From NCBI GenBank assembly GCA_046484225.1, contig JAWOBO010000089.1, positions 1 to 57,368 on the forward strand: a stretch of 57,368 nt of DNA, in the 5' to 3' direction. Below the pieces are notes generated by a model. The model had not been told where the DNA came from. It saw only the letters and a program-made list of their open reading frames with translations, and searched no databases. Within the stretch, counting starts at the first letter, position 1. Each line of letters starts with the position of its first letter. Shown one piece after another: positions 1-8,215 of this stretch. Made by a program: the position numbers and the translations under genes. This DNA comes from Candidatus Omnitrophota bacterium (GTDB lineage: Bacteria; Omnitrophota; Gorgyraeia; Duberdicusellales; 4484-171).

Positions 1-300
1 CTTAATTTTTTAAGAGATTTAGAAATGAGCTTTGAAAAAAAAGATTTCTTTTCAAAGTGTGGAGAAATCTATATAATCGGGGATGCTGGGAAGCTAGATA
101 TAACAGATCAAAGATGTTATACAAAAAATAACTTAAGAGCTGAAAAAGAAGGTATTGTTTTAGCTACCTATTTTGTAGGGGTTGAAATTCCTGAATTTGA
201 AGGAGAAGATCAAAAAAATATAATGAAAAAAGAAATACAAGGTATATATGACAAGGAGGATGGTTATGGCAGAATGGGTTGGTATAGGAAGAAGGGCTAG
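1..300 (+). CDS. hypothetical protein, possibly the 3' end of a gene starting upstream of the window
   Basis: ORF track gives ATG 25..300 (91 aa), but the frame is open from nt 1 with no in-frame stop before the ATG. No motif recognised. No SD before ATG 25. The last ~35 nt overlap the next gene. Confidence 0.3.
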   Translation, partial: LNFLRDLEMSFEKKDFFSKCGEIYIIGDAGKLDITDQRCYTKNNLRAEKEGIVLATYFVGVEIPEFEGEDQKNIMKKEIQGIYDKEDGYGRMGWYRKKG

Positions 301-1426
301 ACGTTGTTATGGGTTTGATGAAGTTGCACTTGCTCCGGGAGAAGTTACTATAAATCCGGATGAAGTTGATTGTTCTTGGAAATTTGGCGGCAAGGAATTT
401 GCAGTTCCGATTTTAGCTGCAGCTATGGATGGAGTTGTTGGGGTTGATTTTGCCGTAAAAATGTCAAAATTAGGTGGAATTGCGGTCTTAAATTTAGATG
501 GAGTACAAACTCGTTATGAAAATCCTACTGAAATTTTAAAAGAGATATCTGAATCTGACCCAGAAACCGCTACTTCCTTGATTCAGAAGGCCTATACTGC
601 AGAGATTAAAGAAAATTTAATTGCAAAAAGAGTAGAAGAAATTAAGAAAGCCGGAGGTTATGCAGCAGTAAGTTGTATCCCCCAAAATGCTAATAGATTT
701 AGCAAAATTGCAGAGGACGCCGGAGCTGATTGTTTTGTGGTCCAATCAACCGTAACCACTGCAAAACATATTGCCAGTGCTTATAAGCCCCTAAACTTAT
801 ATAAATTTTGCAGTGAAAAAAAAATCCCTGTAATTATTGGTAATTGTGTAACTTATAAAGTCACCTTAGATCTATTATCGACTGGGTGTGCAGGGATTTT
901 AGTTGGAGTTGGTCCGGGTGCAGCTTGTACAACTCGCGGGGTTTTAGGTATAGGTGTCCCCCAGGTTACCTCAACTATTGATTGTGCTGCAGCCAGAGAT
1001 TTTTATTATCGTAAAACTGGAAAATTTGTCCCAATTATTACAGATGGTGGAATGAGTAAAGGCGGAGATGTTTGTAAGGCTTTTGCCTCGGGAGCAGATG
1101 CGGTTATGATTGGTTCTGCATTTACTCGAGCCAAAGAAGCGCCAGGCGGTGGCTATCATTGGGGTATGGCAACTTCTCACAGCAATCTTCCTAGAGGGAC
1201 TAGAATTAAAACTGGTGTATCAGGGTCTTTAAAACAGATTCTTTTTGGGCCGGCTGTAGTTGATGATGGATCACAGAATTTAATGGGAGCCTTAACTACC
1301 TCAATGGGTTCTTTAGGAGCAAAGAATTTAGATGAAATGCATTTTGTTGAAATTATTATAGCTCCTTCAATTCAAACCGAAGGGAAAGTTTTTCAAGCTA
1401 CTCAAAGGGTAGGAATGGGCAAATAA
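266..1426 (+). CDS. IMP dehydrogenase family protein without CBS/Bateman insert (GuaB3-like architecture)
   Basis: IMPDH-type catalytic loop GVGPGAACTTRGVLGIGVPQ and the GGMSKGGDVCKAFASGADAVMIGS motif. About 387 aa, so there is no room for a CBS pair. Start moved to ATG 266 (AGGAGG at 254-259) instead of ORF-track 248. Confidence 0.8.
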   Translation: MAEWVGIGRRARRCYGFDEVALAPGEVTINPDEVDCSWKFGGKEFAVPILAAAMDGVVGVDFAVKMSKLGGIAVLNLDGVQTRYENPTEILKEISESDPETATSLIQKAYTAEIKENLIAKRVEEIKKAGGYAAVSCIPQNANRFSKIAEDAGADCFVVQSTVTTAKHIASAYKPLNLYKFCSEKKIPVIIGNCVTYKVTLDLLSTGCAGILVGVGPGAACTTRGVLGIGVPQVTSTIDCAAARDFYYRKTGKFVPIITDGGMSKGGDVCKAFASGADAVMIGSAFTRAKEAPGGGYHWGMATSHSNLPRGTRIKTGVSGSLKQILFGPAVVDDGSQNLMGALTTSMGSLGAKNLDEMHFVEIIIAPSIQTEGKVFQATQRVGMGK

Positions 1427-1430
1427 ATAT

Positions 1431-1510
1431 AGATACACACAGATTTAAAAGATGCACACAGATAGTTAGTATTTATCATCTGTGTTTATCCAGAATTATC
1501 TGTGTGAATC
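1431..1510. repeat. cluster of two direct and two inverted GAT(A/G)CACACAGAT motifs
   Basis: Direct copies at 1432-1444 and 1451-1464. Inverted copies at 1478-1490 and 1497-1510. Matches of 12/13 and 13/14 by hand. Confidence 0.5.
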
Positions 1511-1527
1511 AAGTTAATTAACTAATT

Positions 1528-3069
1528 ATGAGAAAAGATACAGTATTAATCATTGATTTTGGTTCACAGTACACCCAACTTATAGCAAGAAGAGTGCGTG
1601 AGTTGAAGGTTTTTAGTATAGTAAAACCATACACTATAACTAAAACCGAAGTTGAAAAGATTAAGCCAAAAGCAATAATCTTATCCGGGGGTCCCCATAG
1701 CGTTTATCAAAAAGGTGCTCCTGCGTTAAAGAAATATTTCTTAGAATTTAAACTTCCTGTTTTAGGCATTTGTTATGGGATGCAAATTTTAATGCAAGCC
1801 AAAAAAGGGATTATTAAAGAAGGCAAAAAAAGAGAGTATGGCCATGCCAAGATGTATATTGATAATCATAACGATCTTTTCTTTTCATTGCCTGCGGTAA
1901 TTTCTAGTTGGATGAGCCATACTGATCAAGTGGCAAAACTCCCGGCTGGCTTCAAGCAACTTTCTCATACTTTAAATACCAAATTTGCTTCAGTTGGAGA
2001 TCCTAAGGAAAAACTTTACGGGGTACAATTTCATCCTGAAGTTATTCATACAGAACTGGGAATACAAATACTTTCAAATTTCTTATTTAGGATATCTGAT
2101 TGTTTTGCTAATTGGCAATTGGAAGATTTTGTTTCAGAGCAAATTAAGTCTATAAAAAAAGTTGCTGCTAAAGGTAATGTGATTTGTGGTTTAAGCGGAG
2201 GGGTTGATTCATCAACAGGAGCTGTTTTGCTCCATAGGGCAATTGGGAAAAAACTCAAATGTATATTTGTAAATAATGGACTACTTAGAAAAGGAGAAGT
2301 GAAAAGAGTATTAAAGGTTTTTAAAGATAACTATAAGATAAATTTGCACTATGTTAATGCTGCTAAACAGTTTGTAGGAAAACTAAAAGGAGTTATAGAT
2401 CCGGAGCAAAAACGAAAAATTATAGGCCATGAGTTTATAAGCATTTTTGAAGATCAGGCCAAAAAGTTTAAAAATGCCAAGTTTTTAATGCAGGGAACTT
2501 TATATCCTGACGTAATTGAATCAATTTCTTTTTTCGGCGGCCCTACTGCTTGCATAAAATCGCATCATAATGTGGGAGGGTTGCCGGATAAGATGAATTT
2601 GAAGTTAATAGAGCCTTTTCGCGATCTTTTTAAAGATGAAGTGAGAAAAATTGCCCAAATTTTAGGACTACCAGAAACTTTGGTAAAAAGACATCCTTTT
2701 CCAGGGCCAGGATTAGCGGTGCGGATTTTAGGTGAAGTAAATAATCAAAGGCTTAAAATTTTAAGAGAAGCTGACTATATTTTAGAAAAAATTATAAGAC
2801 AAAGAGGTCTTTACGATCAGTATTGGCAAGTTTTTGCTGTTTTGTTGCCGGTTAGATCAGTTGGAGTTATGGGGGATAAAAGGACCTATGAGAATGCTAT
2901 AGCAATAAGAGCCGTTACCAGCCTTGATGGAATGACTGCTGATTGGGCCAAAATTCCTCAAGAGGTGTTAGCCGATATCTCTAATGCGATTATCAATAAA
3001 GTCCGCGGGATAAATCGTGTAGTTTTCGATATAAGCTCAAAACCTCCTGCTACAATCGAATGGGAGTAA
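1528..3069 (+). CDS. guaA: GMP synthase (glutamine-hydrolysing)
   Basis: N-terminal GATase (GICYGMQ, FHPE), ATP-PPase P-loop SGGVDSS, C-terminal dimerisation domain ending PPATIEWE. Confidence 0.95.
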   Translation: MRKDTVLIIDFGSQYTQLIARRVRELKVFSIVKPYTITKTEVEKIKPKAIILSGGPHSVYQKGAPALKKYFLEFKLPVLGICYGMQILMQAKKGIIKEGKKREYGHAKMYIDNHNDLFFSLPAVISSWMSHTDQVAKLPAGFKQLSHTLNTKFASVGDPKEKLYGVQFHPEVIHTELGIQILSNFLFRISDCFANWQLEDFVSEQIKSIKKVAAKGNVICGLSGGVDSSTGAVLLHRAIGKKLKCIFVNNGLLRKGEVKRVLKVFKDNYKINLHYVNAAKQFVGKLKGVIDPEQKRKIIGHEFISIFEDQAKKFKNAKFLMQGTLYPDVIESISFFGGPTACIKSHHNVGGLPDKMNLKLIEPFRDLFKDEVRKIAQILGLPETLVKRHPFPGPGLAVRILGEVNNQRLKILREADYILEKIIRQRGLYDQYWQVFAVLLPVRSVGVMGDKRTYENAIAIRAVTSLDGMTADWAKIPQEVLADISNAIINKVRGINRVVFDISSKPPATIEWE

Positions 3070-3083
3070 TAAACTGTTAAGCC

Positions 3084-3166
3084 GTTCCGAAGAACGAAGG
3101 ACGAGAGACGAGAGGACGAAATCGTCCATCGTCTTAACGAAGTGATCATCTGTCGTCTATCGGAAC
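3084..3166. repeat. 83-nt GC-rich heptad-repeat palindromic element, copy A
   Basis: Gapless match to 41877-41959 (67/83 by hand count). Terminal inverted repeat GTTCCGA/TCGGAAC. GACGA heptads in the 5' half, ATCGTCT heptads in the 3' half. Confidence 0.7.
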
Positions 3167-3183
3167 TTAGCGATTAATTAACT

Positions 3184-6100
3184 ATGGAACATGCTAATTT
3201 TGTCCATCTTCACGTTCATACTCAATATAGTCTCCTAGACGGGGCCTGTCTTCTTGAAAAGTTAGTTGATAAGGCTGCTAGGCTGAAACTTCCCGCTTTG
3301 GCCATAACCGATCATGGTAATATGTTCGGGGCTATAAAATTTTATAATCTTTGTATAAAAAAAGGGATTAAGCCGATTCTAGGCTGTGAATTTTACCTTG
3401 CCTCTGGTTCTCGTTTTGACAAGGGAAACAAAGCAAATAAGAGCCAAAATTACCACCTTGTTCTTTTAGCCAAGGATATTACTGGATATAAAAATTTAAT
3501 ACGACTTGTGAGTTTGGCTCATATAGAAGGGTTTTACTATAAACCAAGAATAGATAAAGATCTTCTTAATAACTATAATCAGGGCTTGATTGCTTCTAGC
3601 GCCTGTTTGAAAGGTGAAATACCCTCTTTGATTTTAGCCAAAGATTTACCAGGTGCATATAAAGCAGCCGATGAATACCTGCATATCTTCGGAGAAGGCA
3701 ACTTTTACCTAGAGGTGATGAATAACGGCTTGGAAGAACAAGACAGAGTAAATTCTCAGTTAATTAAAATTTCTAAAGAGTTGGGAATTCCTTTGTTGGC
3801 TACAAACGATATTCATTATCTAGAAAAGGATCAAGCTTTTGCTCATCAAGCCTTATTGGCTCTTCAAACCCAAACTACTCTTTCGGATCCGGATAGGTTT
3901 CGTTTCGGGTCAGAAAGTTTTTATTTTAAAAGCCCAGAGGAGATGAAAGAAGGATTTTCTCAAATACCTGAGGCTATTCAAAATACAGTTGAGGTTATGC
4001 AAAAGTGCAACCTCACTCTCGATTTTTCCAAGGTCCACCTTCCTAATTTTCCCTTGCCGGATGGACAAAATGATGAAGATTTTCTTAAAAAATTGTGTTA
4101 CCAAAACTTTGAAGATAAATACCCCAAGCAAGACTTCAAAGCGCAAAAGAGGTTAGAGCATGAGTTAACTATAATTAATCAAACCGGTTTTTCTAGTTAT
4201 TTTTTGATTATTTGGGATCTAATAAAATTTGCTAAGGAAAATAATATTCCGGTTGGTCCCGGCAGAGGTAGCGCAGCCGGAAGTATTGTCAGTTATTTAC
4301 TAAATATAACAGATATAGATCCTTTAGCTTATGATCTTTTATTTGAAAGATTTCTTAATCCGGCTCGGATTTCGATGCCTGATATCGATATTGATTTTTG
4401 TTATGAAAAAAGATCAGAAATCTTAGATTATGTCAGTCAGCGTTATGGTAAGGAAAATGTTGCTCAAATTATTACTTTTGGAACCATGCTGGCAAGGGCT
4501 GTTATTCGTGATGTCGGGAGAGTCATGGATTTTACTTATTCCGAAGTTGATAAAATTGCTAAAATGATACCTGGTTCTGTGGGTCATACTGTAACCCTTA
4601 AAGAGGCTCTTTCTTTAAATCCTGATCTTGAAAAAATTTATAAAACTGACAATAGAATAAAAAAATTAATCGATGTAGCTATGCAGCTTGAAGGTGTATC
4701 GCGGCATGCTTCTACTCATGCTGCCGGTGTAGTTATTTCAGATAAACCGCTTTTAGAAAGGATTCCTTTAAGCAAAGGCTCTGAGGGTGAAATTGTAACC
4801 GGCTATGATATGGATTCTTTGGAAAAAACTGGAATGCTCAAGATGGATTTCTTGGGTTTAAAAACTTTAACCGTAATAAACGAAACTATCAAAATTATAA
4901 AACGCACTCAAGAAAAAGATATTGATATAACAAAAATACCAGTTTCTGATAAAAAAACTTTTTCACTTCTTAGTGAGGCTGAAACTATGGGAGTTTTCCA
5001 GCTTGAATCAAGAGGAATGAGAGAAATTTTAGAAAAAATGAAGCCGTCAAATTTTGAAGATATTGTAGCGGTGTTAGCTCTTTATCGTCCCGGCCCTCTG
5101 GGGAGTGGCATGGTTGATGATTTTATTGAGCGAAAACAAGGCAAGAAAAAAGTTCATTACCCTCATCCAAAATTAGAATCGATTTTAGAAAAAACTTACG
5201 GAATAATCGTTTATCAAGAACAAATTATGCAAATAGTTTCAGAGTTGGCTGGTTTTGATATGGCCAGAGCAGATACTTTAAGAAAAGCTATAGGAAAAAA
5301 AATACCAGAGATAATTCAAGAGCAGAAACAGCTGTTTTTAGAAGGATGCAAAAAAAATAATATTTCTTCTAAAGCTGCAAATCAAATATTTGATTTAATT
5401 GACTATTTTTCCGGTTATGGATTTAATAAAAGCCATAGCACCGCCTATGCCCTTATTTCTTACCGGACAGCTTATCTGAAAGCTCATTTTGGAGTTGAGT
5501 TTATGGCCGCTCTTTTAACTAGTGAAAGGAATAATACCGATAAGGTAGTTGAATATATCAATGAAGCAGATAGGATGAAGATAAAAGTATTACCTCCTGA
5601 TATTAATACAAGTTATGCTAATTTTACTGTAACCGACGATAACAATATTCGTTTTGGCTTAATTGCCATAAAGAATGTAGGTGGTGCAGCCTTAGAAAGT
5701 ATTATTTTGCAAAGAAAAGAAAGAAAATTTAAAGATATTTTTGATTTTTGTGACCGAGTTGATTCTCGAGCTGTAAATAAAAAAGTTATCGAAAGTTTAA
5801 TTAAGTCAGGTGCTATGGATTCATTAGGCCTAAAAAGAGCTCAGATGATGCTTTTGTTAGATAAGCTTTTAGCCAGGCAGGCTAGAAAGAAAAAAAATGC
5901 TTCCCAGCTTACTTTATTTTCAGAAGAGGAAGAACAAGAAAAAATACCTGAGGTGGCGGAATGGCCGTTGATGCAAATTCTTAACTTTGAAAAAACTCTT
6001 TTGGGGGTGTATTTATCCGGGCATCCTCTTTATTGCTATTCTGAAACAATAAAGTTTTTAAAAAGAGAAACAATTAGCTCATTAGTTGAAAATCTTCGCA

Positions 6101-6594
6101 CCAGAGAAGTAATGGTGTGTGGGGTGGTAGAGAAGGTAAAAGTTGTTACAACCCGGAGAAGAAACGAACGTATGGCTATAATTAGGGTTGAAGATGAAAC
6201 CGCCAGCGTTGAGGCTTTTGTTTTTCCTCGTCTTTTTGCTCAAGCCCAGCTGTTTCTTGCTAAAAAGAAAATTATTATCTTAAGAGGGAAACTAGACATT
6301 AAAGATAAAGCTCCGAAAATTTTAGCATCCGATATATTTCCTATAGAGCAACTACAGCAGAAGATAAAAGAAGTAAACATTAAGGTCGATAGAAAAAATG
6401 TACCGTTAGGGGAGTTAAAAAATATTGTAGTTAAGAATCGAGGCGATAAACCGGTCTTCTTTTCATTCCAAGACGACAGGATGGGAAATACCAAGGTGAA
6501 GGTGGGAGATAAGTTTTGTATTTCTTTAGAGCCCAATGCCTTAGGAAAAATAAGTTCCTTGGTAGGGGAGGCAAACTTATCCTTGACACTCTAA
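3184..6594 (+). CDS. dnaE: DNA polymerase III alpha subunit
   Basis: 1136 aa. PHP domain HLHVHTQYSLLDG, polymerase core GPGRGSAAGS, OB-fold C-terminus. No SD upstream of the ATG. Confidence 0.95.
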   Translation: MEHANFVHLHVHTQYSLLDGACLLEKLVDKAARLKLPALAITDHGNMFGAIKFYNLCIKKGIKPILGCEFYLASGSRFDKGNKANKSQNYHLVLLAKDITGYKNLIRLVSLAHIEGFYYKPRIDKDLLNNYNQGLIASSACLKGEIPSLILAKDLPGAYKAADEYLHIFGEGNFYLEVMNNGLEEQDRVNSQLIKISKELGIPLLATNDIHYLEKDQAFAHQALLALQTQTTLSDPDRFRFGSESFYFKSPEEMKEGFSQIPEAIQNTVEVMQKCNLTLDFSKVHLPNFPLPDGQNDEDFLKKLCYQNFEDKYPKQDFKAQKRLEHELTIINQTGFSSYFLIIWDLIKFAKENNIPVGPGRGSAAGSIVSYLLNITDIDPLAYDLLFERFLNPARISMPDIDIDFCYEKRSEILDYVSQRYGKENVAQIITFGTMLARAVIRDVGRVMDFTYSEVDKIAKMIPGSVGHTVTLKEALSLNPDLEKIYKTDNRIKKLIDVAMQLEGVSRHASTHAAGVVISDKPLLERIPLSKGSEGEIVTGYDMDSLEKTGMLKMDFLGLKTLTVINETIKIIKRTQEKDIDITKIPVSDKKTFSLLSEAETMGVFQLESRGMREILEKMKPSNFEDIVAVLALYRPGPLGSGMVDDFIERKQGKKKVHYPHPKLESILEKTYGIIVYQEQIMQIVSELAGFDMARADTLRKAIGKKIPEIIQEQKQLFLEGCKKNNISSKAANQIFDLIDYFSGYGFNKSHSTAYALISYRTAYLKAHFGVEFMAALLTSERNNTDKVVEYINEADRMKIKVLPPDINTSYANFTVTDDNNIRFGLIAIKNVGGAALESIILQRKERKFKDIFDFCDRVDSRAVNKKVIESLIKSGAMDSLGLKRAQMMLLLDKLLARQARKKKNASQLTLFSEEEEQEKIPEVAEWPLMQILNFEKTLLGVYLSGHPLYCYSETIKFLKRETISSLVENLRTREVMVCGVVEKVKVVTTRRRNERMAIIRVEDETASVEAFVFPRLFAQAQLFLAKKKIIILRGKLDIKDKAPKILASDIFPIEQLQQKIKEVNIKVDRKNVPLGELKNIVVKNRGDKPVFFSFQDDRMGNTKVKVGDKFCISLEPNALGKISSLVGEANLSLTL

Positions 6595-6617
6595 AATTGA
6601 ACTGATAAACTAAGCGT

Positions 6618-6890
6618 ATGAGAAAGAGAGATATTGTTTTAAAAATAAGCCAAGATACTGGTATAAAACAAGTTGTGGTCAAAGAGATAGTTCAACGTAC
6701 CCTTGATACAATCCTGGAAACTTTAAAAGAGGGTAAAAGAATTGAGCTTAGAAATTTTGGCGTTTTTCAAATTAAACGCAGAAAGCGTCGAATTGGAAGA
6801 AATCCTAAAACTGGTGAAGTTGTTCCTGTGCCGGAAAGAAGAGTAGTTACTTTTAAGCCTGGTTTGGATATGAAAAAGTATATTCACTAG
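6618..6890 (+). CDS. HU/IHF-family DNA-binding protein
   Basis: 90 aa with the typical HU arm RIGRNPKTGEVVPVPERRVVTFKPG. Confidence 0.85.
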   Translation: MRKRDIVLKISQDTGIKQVVVKEIVQRTLDTILETLKEGKRIELRNFGVFQIKRRKRRIGRNPKTGEVVPVPERRVVTFKPGLDMKKYIH

Positions 6891-6958
6891 ATTTTGCCTA
6901 CACTGGTCATGAAGATTCCCGCCATTAGACTTCATTTTAAAAAAGATTCGGAGAGCGA

Positions 6959-8215
6959 ATGAAAAAAAAATATTCTAACGTAAGAGGAACAATAGATTTT
7001 TCTCTTCAACAAAATTTTGTTTATGAATCTTTACGAAGTGAGTCAATAAAACTTTTTAATCTCTATAATTATAGACAGTTGATTCTTCCTCTTTTAGAGA
7101 AAAAGAGTTTGTTTGTAAAAGGAGTTGGCCAAGCTACTGATATTGTTCAAAACCAGATGATGAAAATCGAAGGAAAAGACATAGTTTTGCGCCCTGAGGG
7201 TACAGCTCAAATTGTCAGACACTATTTACAAAATCGGTTAGATAAAAAAAATAGTTTTTATAAGTTTTTTTATCTGGGCCCTATGTTTAGAGGAGAACGG
7301 CCTCAAAAAGGGCGCCTGCGCCAGTTTAATCATATTGGTGCAGAAGTTGTAGGCTCTGATAGTTTCTATCTAGACGCAGAAGTAATAATGCTTGCTCTTA
7401 AGATAGTGGATTCGATAGGCCTGACCAAAAAAGAACTACAACTAAATAGTTTGGGTTGCGCCGATGATAAAAAAAAGCTTTCAAGATATATCAAAGAAAA
7501 ACTGGAAGAAAAAAAGAGTCAATTATGTCCAGATTGCCAAAGAAGGATTAGTAAAAATCCTTTAAGGGTTATTGATTGCAAAAGGCAAAGGTGCAGAAGG
7601 ATTGTTAGCTCTTTAAAATTAGGAAAAGATCATCTTTGTTCTGACTGCCGGAGTCATTTTAATAGTTTACTTTCTAGTTTGGATAGCTTACAAATAGAAT
7701 ATAAATATAATCCTTACCTAGTAAGGGGGCTTGATTATTATACTAATACCGTTTTTGAAATTACCTCAAGCCAGCTAGGTTCTCAGGATGCTTTAGGTGC
7801 AGGCGGCCGCTACAATAATTTATTTAATCAGCTAGGAGGTTTAGATATTCCAGCTGTAGGATTTGCTTTAGGGGTTGAAAGAGTCATGCTGGCTTTAGAT
7901 AAGATAGAGACAAAGCCTTTTCCTTTAGTTTTTATTGCGCGAGCTGGCAATGGTTTAGAAGAAAAGGCATTTTCGGTGTTGACTAATCTCAGAAATAGTA
8001 ATATAGTTTCTACCTGTGATTTTCGGAATAAATCATTAAAGGCTCAATTGCGTTATGGACAAAGAATCGGTTCAGATTTTGTTGTGATTTTGGGGCAAGA
8101 AGAACTAAAAGAGAAAAAAGTTATTTTAAAAGATATGAAAAAATCAAAACAGGAGAAAGTAGAGTTAGGCCAATTAACAGCTAAAATAAAGGAGAAGTTG
8201 AAAAGTTATGCTTAG
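6959..8215 (+). CDS. hisS: histidine--tRNA ligase
   Basis: Class II motifs MFRGERPQKGRLRQFNHIG and GAGGRYNNL. Cys-rich insertion (CPDC...CSDC). Anticodon-binding C-terminus. Confidence 0.95.
   Translation: MKKKYSNVRGTIDFSLQQNFVYESLRSESIKLFNLYNYRQLILPLLEKKSLFVKGVGQATDIVQNQMMKIEGKDIVLRPEGTAQIVRHYLQNRLDKKNSFYKFFYLGPMFRGERPQKGRLRQFNHIGAEVVGSDSFYLDAEVIMLALKIVDSIGLTKKELQLNSLGCADDKKKLSRYIKEKLEEKKSQLCPDCQRRISKNPLRVIDCKRQRCRRIVSSLKLGKDHLCSDCRSHFNSLLSSLDSLQIEYKYNPYLVRGLDYYTNTVFEITSSQLGSQDALGAGGRYNNLFNQLGGLDIPAVGFALGVERVMLALDKIETKPFPLVFIARAGNGLEEKAFSVLTNLRNSNIVSTCDFRNKSLKAQLRYGQRIGSDFVVILGQEELKEKKVILKDMKKSKQEKVELGQLTAKIKEKLKSYA

Noticed and set aside
1431-1510. The CACA-containing motifs as DnaA boxes or a replication origin (TTATCCAGA at about 1487-1495 is one mismatch from TTATCCACA).
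   Set aside because: Only one near-consensus box is present, and the repeated unit is CACACAGAT rather than TTATNCACA. There is no dnaA or dnaN context and no AT-rich unwinding element pattern distinct from the background. Uniform gene orientation on both sides also argues against an origin.
1512-1527. TTAATTAA-type junction sequences as engineered three-frame stop or PacI linkers, i.e. a synthetic construct.
   Set aside because: The copies differ in sequence and length, are embedded in natural-looking operon junctions, and sometimes overlap coding sequence or stop codons. A natural AT-rich junction motif is the simpler explanation.
3070-3177. An open frame of about 34 codons continuing in the guaA frame after its stop, through repeat copy A. 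This could be read as a stop-codon read-through extension.
   Set aside because: guaA ends with two consecutive in-frame TAA codons (3067-3072), which makes read-through implausible. The openness is explained by the GC-rich repeat composition.
6914-6922. A shared GC-rich 9-mer, GATTCCCGC, in two spacers (6914-6922 after the HU gene, and 16100-16108 in the purB leader).
   Set aside because: It is a single 9-nt match without extended similarity or a common structure around it. That is not enough to call a motif without genome-wide counts.
6891-6958. Riboswitch or leader RNAs: a T-box before hisS, a preQ1 riboswitch before queF (13756-13808), a purine/ZTP riboswitch before purB (16053-16132), and a THF or glycine element before glyA.
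   Set aside because: The spacers are too short (29-120 nt), and I find none of the conserved core sequences of these classes as I remember them. An Rfam scan would be the decisive check.
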